Of a DNA stretch of 43,303 nucleotides, positions 36,769 through 43,303 are shown piece by piece. The DNA is from Candidatus Magasanikiibacteriota bacterium. GTDB lineage: Bacteria; Patescibacteriota; Patescibacteriia; Magasanikbacterales; UBA10146. The notes under the pieces are model-generated. The model saw only the letters and a program-made list of their open reading frames with translations, did no database searches and had not been told where the DNA came from. Position 1 is the stretch's first letter. Each line of letters begins with the position of its first letter. A program made the translations under genes and the position numbers. Location: NCBI GenBank assembly GCA_016212585.1, contig JACRFU010000062.1, positions 1 to 43,303 of the forward strand. The letters are read 5' to 3'.

Positions 36769-37506
36769 TTATCTCAAATACCGCGCGATATTCCTATTAT
36801 GCTCGTCAAGCGTGTGAGCATAATACATTTTTCCGTCACGACCGCTTATAAAATACCAATACGCATTTGAGGTTGGATTGATAGACGCATTGATAGACGC
36901 CAAACTCGGATTATTGATAGGCCCCGCGGGCAACCCCTTTTCTTTATAAGTGCCTCTGCTTGAATCAACTTGAAGCGGCATTCCAACGCGTAAACGCCGC
37001 CACAAAATATCGGCAATGAGCGCGCGATCCTCCGCCGTCTTGCCTTCCGCCTCCACCAGCGAGGCCACGGTGAGCACTTCAAAAATAGTTGTATGTTGTT
37101 CTTTAATTTTTGCACGCGCCTCCGAGGATAATTTTTCATCCATCTCGCTCAATACTTTTTCAACTATATTGCGCACGGCGGTGTCTTTAAAAAAACGATA
37201 GGTGTCGGGAAAAAAATATCCTTCTATTCCTGCGTCTGCCGGAGCGTCCGCAAATAATCCGGGGAAAAGTACGCGATAACGCGACGCTACAGATCCAACC
37301 GCACGCGCCCATACTTCCACAGAAGGCACTAAACCTCTCTCCACCAGTAATGCGCCATATTCTTTCAAAGTACGCCCCTCTACAAACGTAATGGTCGTTT
37401 CTTCCCGTGGCACGATTACACGTTCTGACCGTCCATAGAAAAAAGCAATCGCCATCACGAGGGCGAAAATACAAAAAGCAAAGGTTGTTTTTATGAACCG
37501 GCTCAT
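36769..37506 (-). CDS. mltG: Endolytic murein transglycosylase MltG (YceG-like)
   Basis: N-terminal TM segment, EGYFFPDTYRF, ASLVEAEG, GLPAGPINNPSLASI and YFISGRDGKMYYAHTLDEHN. Confidence 0.88.
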   Translation of the reverse strand: MSRFIKTTFAFCIFALVMAIAFFYGRSERVIVPREETTITFVEGRTLKEYGALLVERGLVPSVEVWARAVGSVASRYRVLFPGLFADAPADAGIEGYFFPDTYRFFKDTAVRNIVEKVLSEMDEKLSSEARAKIKEQHTTIFEVLTVASLVEAEGKTAEDRALIADILWRRLRVGMPLQVDSSRGTYKEKGLPAGPINNPSLASINASINPTSNAYWYFISGRDGKMYYAHTLDEHNRNIARYLR

Positions 37507-37518
37507 AATTTCTATTAA

Positions 37519-38601
37519 TTACAAAAATTTTTTCTTGCCTTTTTGCTCCAAACCCGCCACAATTTTTTTTACATCCTGCGCGCGGCCTTTGGGGCAAATC
37601 AACAGAGCGTCTTTAGTGTCTACCACAATCATATTATCCAGCCCGATGGTGGCGATAATTTTTCGCTCACTGCCATATACCAAACAATTATGCGTATCAT
37701 GCAATTCAACCTGCCCGCGCGCGATATTGCCGTCCGGCGTCATGGCATTTAAAAGCTGATCATAAAGAGCATCCCACGCGCCAATGTCGCTCCACCCAAA
37801 ATCACCCTTAATCACCAACACATCAGACGGATCCAGTTTTTCCGCCAACAAATAGTCAATGGAAATCTTTGGCAGTTGCGCAAAAAGTTTTTTAATTGAA
37901 CGAGCAGAACCCTCCTTAATAGCTTTGCGAAGCGCTTCAATTACCGGTTTAAGCTCCGGCGCGCATCGCGCCACGGCGTCAACAAATTTGCGAGGCGTCC
38001 ACATATAATAGTTCGCGTGCCACAGATACTCCCCGCTTTTAATGTATCGCGTTGCTGTTTCCGCGTCGGGTTTTTCCGTGTGTCCCAAAAATTTATACAC
38101 TTCTATGCCATTCACGCTTTTCCAGCGCTTACCGATGTGCGTGTAACCGAGCGCGGTACTGGGGAAGGACGCCTGCACTCCAATATCAACAAGCTTGCCT
38201 GTTTCCCGCACCAACTCGCCACCCGCTGAGAGCGTGGCAATAAAACGCTTTACAGAATCAATGCTGTGGTCTGAAGGGATAAAGACAAACGGCTCATTAG
38301 GTGCGCGTTCAAGCAAATGGAGCGCGGAAAAAATCATTGCAGGCGCCGTGTCGCGTTTTTCCGGTTCAGTAATAACATGGTCTGGCGGCAATGCGGGCAG
38401 AAGTCCGCGCAAAACCTTTGCTTGCAAACTATTGGTGGAAAAAAATATATGTTCCGGCTTGAACCCCGAAAGCAACCGCTCATATGTTTCCACAATCATG
38501 GGCTTGGTGGACACAATAGGGAAATACTGTTTTGGTTTTTTATGCCGCCCCATGGGCCAAAGCCGAGTGCCTCCACCGCCGGACAAAATTATCGCGTTCA
38601 T
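37519..38601 (-). CDS. Mannose-1-phosphate guanylyltransferase-like nucleotidyltransferase
   Basis: 360 aa starting MNAIILSGGGGTRLWPMGRHKKPKQY (sugar-nucleotidyltransferase G-loop), with typical ManC/CpsB N-domain length. Confidence 0.8.
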   Translation of the reverse strand: MNAIILSGGGGTRLWPMGRHKKPKQYFPIVSTKPMIVETYERLLSGFKPEHIFFSTNSLQAKVLRGLLPALPPDHVITEPEKRDTAPAMIFSALHLLERAPNEPFVFIPSDHSIDSVKRFIATLSAGGELVRETGKLVDIGVQASFPSTALGYTHIGKRWKSVNGIEVYKFLGHTEKPDAETATRYIKSGEYLWHANYYMWTPRKFVDAVARCAPELKPVIEALRKAIKEGSARSIKKLFAQLPKISIDYLLAEKLDPSDVLVIKGDFGWSDIGAWDALYDQLLNAMTPDGNIARGQVELHDTHNCLVYGSERKIIATIGLDNMIVVDTKDALLICPKGRAQDVKKIVAGLEQKGKKKFL

Positions 38602-38733
38602 AGTTTAATTTTTAAAATTATTGCAAGACTTTATTTTATTATTTTATTCCTATTTTCTGCGTTCATACACTTGGCTTCAAATGATTCTTGTGTTTTGATT
38701 TTTTTATCATACTAATATTTACTCCGAAAATAT

Positions 38734-40167
38734 TCAACAAACTTTTTGAGCAATCCCCTGCGCGGGGCTTACTTCCACCAAATCATCATCTTTGAATAAC
38801 GTAGTAGCAATCTTGGTACCCACAAGGCACGGAATACCGAGCTCACGGCTCACTATAGCCGCATGGGATGTTAAACCACCCGTATCAGTAATGACGGCGC
38901 AGGCTTTTTTCATGGCAAAAATATATTCCGGACTCGTCATCGGCGCGACTAAAATTTCTCCGTCTCGGAACATTTCTACCTTCAAGGGATCCAAAAGAAT
39001 ACGGATTTTCCCGCGCACGGTGCCATGCGTACCCTTACTCGCAACAATTCCTCTCACTTCTTTCACACCGATTGCCGCTTCCTCCATACTACTATAGGTA
39101 TTCCAAACATACTCGGTTTTTTCAGCGTTGAGCTCTTTACACTCATGGAAAAATTGTACCCCGAACCCCTTGGCTCGCTCCATTAATTTTGCATGTAAAT
39201 CCTTGCCTTTGATAATCTCCGTTATTTCTTGATGCCATAAATTATGTAGCTCATCAAATGCATACTCGTATCGTCGCCCAACCTCTTGAACTAATGCATC
39301 AGTATAATGCAAAATAATAAAAATATATTTCTTGCGCTCATCTTGCCAACCAATACCATAGCTAATAGCTTCTGCAATATCCATCAGTTCTGCGGGTACA
39401 TTAAACTGTTTCTGGATTGCTAATTTGCGCGCTTTTGTTTCTTCTATTTTTTTCTTAATCTCAATCACCATCTCCGGCTTCACTTCTTTTTTTCGCTCCA
39501 CAAAAAATTCAAGCGGCAAGACGTGCGTCCCGGCATAACTATTTTTAAGCCAAAAAAACTGCTGCTGATGGTTTGCCAAATCCGTTGTTTGGTTCAAAGC
39601 GATTTCTTCTTCCTGATAAAACGACAAACGAGTTGGAGCAGTCAAAATTTCAAGAACTTCAGTACTATTCCGCTCATCCGTAATATATTTTTTTATCCGT
39701 TCAGTGAGATAATGAGTTGAACCGTAATTGGCAAGTTCAGGAACCGAACCGGTAATCCAAAATTTGATATAATACTTTAATAAATCCGTCCACAAAATCA
39801 ACAGTTCCGCGTCTGTTATTTCTGCAAGTTTAGTCTTGCCGATTTTTTTTTCAATATCCTGAATTCTTTTAACATCGTCAAGCCATTCCCTATATATCTT
39901 TTCCCGCGATACCCTCGGCAACAGGTATTTCAAAAATATTCTTTCACCGGTCGCGTTGACATCCTGGGCGTTATTAATCCAAAAACTGCGGCCATTTTTA
40001 AACAACCATAGTGTTTCCGGCCAATTCTCGCCATACCTTTCACGAAAATGTTTATAATGCACCTCTACAAAGGTAGAACTATATAAAAATTTCCCGGGGA
40101 TGGGACCCCACCGAAAGATATTGCTTTGTGGATCAAATGGTAATTTAATAATGGAGTTTTTTACCAT
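38734..40167 (-). CDS. PEP-utilising-enzyme mobile-domain protein (C-terminal phospho-His swivel domain, N-terminal region of unknown function)
   Basis: 477 aa. The C-terminus [48 protein letters not shown] is the PF00391-type domain. I saw no ATP-grasp GGKxxN motif in the N-terminal 380 aa. Confidence 0.75.
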   Translation of the reverse strand: MVKNSIIKLPFDPQSNIFRWGPIPGKFLYSSTFVEVHYKHFRERYGENWPETLWLFKNGRSFWINNAQDVNATGERIFLKYLLPRVSREKIYREWLDDVKRIQDIEKKIGKTKLAEITDAELLILWTDLLKYYIKFWITGSVPELANYGSTHYLTERIKKYITDERNSTEVLEILTAPTRLSFYQEEEIALNQTTDLANHQQQFFWLKNSYAGTHVLPLEFFVERKKEVKPEMVIEIKKKIEETKARKLAIQKQFNVPAELMDIAEAISYGIGWQDERKKYIFIILHYTDALVQEVGRRYEYAFDELHNLWHQEITEIIKGKDLHAKLMERAKGFGVQFFHECKELNAEKTEYVWNTYSSMEEAAIGVKEVRGIVASKGTHGTVRGKIRILLDPLKVEMFRDGEILVAPMTSPEYIFAMKKACAVITDTGGLTSHAAIVSRELGIPCLVGTKIATTLFKDDDLVEVSPAQGIAQKVC

Positions 40168-40275
40168 AGCCTTTAACTTGCTCTACATATTCAACGAGCT
40201 CCGAACGAGTTACATTTTTTCCTTTAAGATGATGATAAATTGGATTATAGGTATAGGCCATATTCCAAAACAAGT

Positions 40276-40815
40276 TTAAAAAACAGATTTAAAAAATCTA
40301 ACAATAATCCATGTGCCTAGCCAGCCAAGCGCCAACCCAACCGCCACATCGGAGAAATAATGCACACCCGCGGCCACGCGGCCCAAGGCCACAAGTATCG
40401 CCAGCACCCACGCAAACCTCCCCCATTTTTTGTCATATATATATACAACGGCCGCAAGCGCCGCCGCCACCGTGGCATGGCCGGAAGGAAACGAATGGCT
40501 TGTTATGGGCTCCGCGATCAATTCCTTAATCGCATGAAACACCACAAACGGCCGTGCGCGAAACCATAATTTCCCTATCACCCATTTGGCGGCATACGTG
40601 GCAAACACGCTTGCGATAAGATTGAGAAGCGCTTCCACCCGCGCCATTTTTGATCCCGTGCGATACATAATCACCAACACCGCCACCAGCGCCAAAACAA
40701 AAATCAAATAATCAGCCGCGCCAACCGCAAGCGGGACACTCCACCCGTGCGTGGCAAAAAAATGATTAAACCCAAGTGTTAATTGGTGGTCCCATCCGCG
40801 TAAAAATTCTAACAT
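40276..40815 (-). CDS. PAP2-family phosphatase (undecaprenyl-diphosphatase/BcrC-like)
   Basis: 179 aa membrane protein with KxxxxxxRP (KLWFRARP), PSGH (SFPSGHA) and SRxxxxxHxxxD-like (GRVAAGVHYFSDV) motifs. Confidence 0.85.
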   Translation of the reverse strand: MLEFLRGWDHQLTLGFNHFFATHGWSVPLAVGAADYLIFVLALVAVLVIMYRTGSKMARVEALLNLIASVFATYAAKWVIGKLWFRARPFVVFHAIKELIAEPITSHSFPSGHATVAAALAAVVYIYDKKWGRFAWVLAILVALGRVAAGVHYFSDVAVGLALGWLGTWIIVRFFKSVF

Positions 40816-40824
40816 ATGTGTTTA

Positions 40825-40947
40825 TCGGACCTACGCATTTGAGACAAGTTCGAGGAAAAGCCGAGCATCGGAGCAAGCCGTAATATACCTACGACGAGCG
40901 AGAAGCGCAGGCTTTGACGAAGAAATTGGCCAAATACGTAGGTCCTA
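40825..40947 (-). mobile_element. Family B MITE, copy 3 (123 bp, inverted relative to copies 1-2) between gpmI and the PAP2 gene
   Basis: GGACCTACGCATTTG...CAAATACGTAGGTCC. The interior is the reverse complement of copies 1 and 2. TTTA lies on both flanks (40821-40824 and 40948-40951); the right one overlaps the gpmI stop codon. Confidence 0.88.
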
Positions 40948-40948
40948 T

Positions 40949-42550
40949 TTAAATAAGTGACTGACCGGTCATTTCCGGCGGCTGTTCAAGCCCCATAATT
41001 TTTAAAATGGTCGGCGCGACATCCGCGAGCATCCCCACCGGCGCGGACAAACTCAAATCCCCTCCCATGACGTCGCCACCGGGGCCAGTCTGCCCTTCCC
41101 ATTGTTTGCCGATAATAATAAGCGGCACCGGATAGGTGCTATGCTCTTTATCAATCCCCCCTGTTTTCAAATTGATCATTTCTTCCACATTGCCGTGATC
41201 CGCGGTAAACACTGCCACATATCCTTTGGCAAGCGCCAAATCCGTAATCTGTCCGAGCGCTTTGTCTATTACCTCCAGGCTCTTTACTGCCGCGGGCAGG
41301 TTTCCCGTGTGCCCCACCATATCCGCGTTGGCAAAATTAATCGCAACAAGTCCATACGCGCCCTTTTCAATCGCTTTCAATGCTTCTTTGGCAATTTCCG
41401 GCGCGGACATTTCCGGCTTTTGATCATAACCGGACACATGCGGCGAGGGAATAATCATTCGCTCCTCCCCGGGGAACGGTTCTTCCACGGTGCCATTCAA
41501 AAAAAATGTAATGTGCGCGTATTTTTCCGTTTCCGCCACATGAAATTGTGATAATCCAGCGTTTGCAACAACTTCCGCCAAACAATTGATAATCACATCC
41601 GGCGGGAACACCACCTCAACAGGCAAACTTTTTTCAAACTCCGCCATGGTAACAAACAATAAATTTTTGTATTCACGCGCCGTGAACTTATCAAAACTGG
41701 GAAGCGCGAACGCTTTGGTCAATTCGCGCGCGCGGTCCGGACGAAAATTAAAAAATACCACCGCGTCGTTGTCTTCCACCGTTGCCACCGGCTTGCCGCC
41801 ATCGGTAATGGTTACGGGAGCAAACTGCTCATCATATACTTCTTTTGCATACGAAGCTTTGATAGCTTCCGCGGGGTCTTTTGCTTGTTCTCCCTTGCCT
41901 TCCGCAATGGCGCGATATGTTTTTTCTATACGGTCCCATCGATTATCTCTGTCCAAAGCATAAAAACGACCCGCCAAACTGGCAACGCGGCCAACTCCGT
42001 ATTCTTTGATTTTTGCCTGCAACCTCTCCAAAGACGCGCCGCCTCCGTTAAACAATGCGTCGCGGCCGTCCAAAAACATGTGGATGTAGACTTCTTTAAT
42101 TTTTTGTTCCGCGGCAAATTTTAAAAGCGCGTACAAATGCTCCTCTGCAGAGTGTACGTTGCCGTTGCTCACCATGCCCATCAAATGCAAACGAGATTTA
42201 TTTTTTTTGACATGCGCGGCGGCCTTGAGAAGTGTTTCGTTTTTATCAAACGCGCCGCTGGAAATAGACTGATTGATGCGCAACAATGTTTGATAATATA
42301 CGCGTCCTGCGCCAATGTTCAAATGTCCTACCTCGGAATTGCCCATCTGCCCCCACTCCAACCCCACCTCATTACCGGAAGCAATGATAGTCATGGCAGG
42401 GTAAGTTTTGAGCAATCGGTTAAACACCGGCAATTTGGCCTGTGTAATGGCGTTGCCGTCCGAGGGCGGCGCAACGCCCCAGCCGTCGCAAATAATGAGA
42501 ACAACAGGCTGAATTTGCGCTTTATTTGGCTGATTTGTATCTGTTGGCAT
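40949..42550 (-). CDS. gpmI: 2,3-bisphosphoglycerate-independent phosphoglycerate mutase
   Basis: 533 aa with ICDGWG, SEVGHLNIGAGR and ADHGN motifs. Length is typical of iPGM. Confidence 0.93.
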   Translation of the reverse strand: MPTDTNQPNKAQIQPVVLIICDGWGVAPPSDGNAITQAKLPVFNRLLKTYPAMTIIASGNEVGLEWGQMGNSEVGHLNIGAGRVYYQTLLRINQSISSGAFDKNETLLKAAAHVKKNKSRLHLMGMVSNGNVHSAEEHLYALLKFAAEQKIKEVYIHMFLDGRDALFNGGGASLERLQAKIKEYGVGRVASLAGRFYALDRDNRWDRIEKTYRAIAEGKGEQAKDPAEAIKASYAKEVYDEQFAPVTITDGGKPVATVEDNDAVVFFNFRPDRARELTKAFALPSFDKFTAREYKNLLFVTMAEFEKSLPVEVVFPPDVIINCLAEVVANAGLSQFHVAETEKYAHITFFLNGTVEEPFPGEERMIIPSPHVSGYDQKPEMSAPEIAKEALKAIEKGAYGLVAINFANADMVGHTGNLPAAVKSLEVIDKALGQITDLALAKGYVAVFTADHGNVEEMINLKTGGIDKEHSTYPVPLIIIGKQWEGQTGPGGDVMGGDLSLSAPVGMLADVAPTILKIMGLEQPPEMTGQSLI

Positions 42551-42606
42551 AGTGGGGGCAGTATATCAAAAACCAGCTTGATTGTAAATTAACCAGCCCT
42601 CGCTGA

Positions 42607-43161
42607 CTAGACAATTACTGACACTTGTTTCCCCTCAATCTCATATTTCTGATCACTGTGACTGCCTCCTATCGTATCCACATATTCAGTGGTACCCGGC
42701 CCGCCGTAAGATTTTAAGACATGACCGTACGGCTTCAATGAATAATTCTCGTTAAATTTACCCGATATCACCAAAGGCAATCCCATCTGCCGTGTTTTTT
42801 CTTCTGCAACACTAAAAAGCACATCATTGACAACTTGAATTGGAGCGCCCTCGCGATGGTAACTTCGTTCCAAGTGCACCACCGGCGTTTTTGATTCTTC
42901 ATCATAAAGAATGCGGAGAATTGATCTGCCCATAATCTCTCCGTCAACGTCGCGCACAAAAATTGTTTTAATCTTTCCGTCCATTACGTAAGAAATCAAA
43001 TTACGGTTTAAATACGGCGAACCGTTCACATTTTGGCATGAACCCGAGACATCGTTTCCCATGCGCAGTAAAATGTCAGGGTCTTCTGATTCTTCTGCCA
43101 CCAATCCTTCCGTGTTTTGTTTCTCTTGGCCTTTTTTGAGGGTACGCACTACTCCTTGCAT
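42607..43161 (-). CDS. Hypothetical protein (184 aa)
   Basis: Uninterrupted ORF with no motif I can assign. Confidence 0.5.
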   Translation of the reverse strand: MQGVVRTLKKGQEKQNTEGLVAEESEDPDILLRMGNDVSGSCQNVNGSPYLNRNLISYVMDGKIKTIFVRDVDGEIMGRSILRILYDEESKTPVVHLERSYHREGAPIQVVNDVLFSVAEEKTRQMGLPLVISGKFNENYSLKPYGHVLKSYGGPGTTEYVDTIGGSHSDQKYEIEGKQVSVIV

Positions 43162-43233
43162 GCATAACTGTCCAAAGTCCTGAAAAATATGCTAAAATAA
43201 AGGCAAAAGTGGTGAAAATTTAATCAAACTACT

Positions 43234-43303
43234 ATGCCAAAAACAAAGTCTATCACAGCTGAAGAGATCATCGGGCTTGTGCCGGATGAAATGCTTGACC
43301 GAT
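43234..43303 (+). CDS. 5' end of an ORF running off the window (MPKTKSITAEEIIGLVPDEMLDR...)
   Basis: ATG at 43234, open to the window edge. Only 23 codons are visible, so no function can be assigned. Confidence 0.3.
   Translation, partial: MPKTKSITAEEIIGLVPDEMLDR

Noticed and set aside
43234-43303. The partial ORF MPKTKSITAEEIIGLVPDEMLDR might be the N-terminus of an IS4-like transposase, and hence the missing mobilising enzyme.
   Set aside because: Only 23 codons are visible. The resemblance to transposase N-termini is from memory and vague, and no element terminus is seen upstream.

Overview
This 43.3 kb window looks like a small-genome, CPR/Patescibacteria-like bacterium. That placement is an inference from two things: rpmD (L30) is absent between rpsE and rplO, and several ribosomal proteins carry extensions. 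The backbone is a near-complete str-S10-spc ribosomal-protein supercluster on the minus strand: rpsL-rpsG-fusA ... tuf-rpsJ-rplC-rplD-rplW-rplB-rpsS-rplV-rpsC-rplP-rpmC-rpsQ-rplN-rplX-rplE-rpsN-rpsH-rplF-rplR-rpsE-rplO-secY. Housekeeping genes flank it: msrB, ndk, a UvrD-like helicase, tgt, a queA remnant, mltG, manC-like, gpmI, a PAP2 phosphatase and an IMPDH-family gene. The main finding is that the window is riddled with non-coding, hairpin-forming miniature inverted-repeat elements of three families. Family A is about 161 bp, with 18-bp or longer TIRs starting GGG(G)TCTGTCGCC, 5-bp target duplications and at least 10 copies or derivatives. Family B is 123 bp with 3 copies. Family C is a 182-bp palindrome plus a partial copy and a solo end. 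Most copies sit 0-8 nt after stop codons, in formerly tight, translationally coupled gene junctions of the ribosomal operon. One family A copy cleanly splits a PEP-utilising-domain gene. No cognate transposase is present in the window. Other features include a 4.6 kb accessory island that splits fusA from tuf; it carries AbiEi/AbiEii, a P1B-type ATPase, MNT/HEPN and a Phd-like orphan. There is also a decayed second AbiE locus next to an IS zinc-ribbon remnant, a Phd/RelE-like pair, an internally deleted queA, three PEP-utilising paralogs in different states of decay, and three apparently GC-richer orphan genes, two of them bracketed by repeat-element remnants. I recognised no rRNA, tRNA or CRISPR array.
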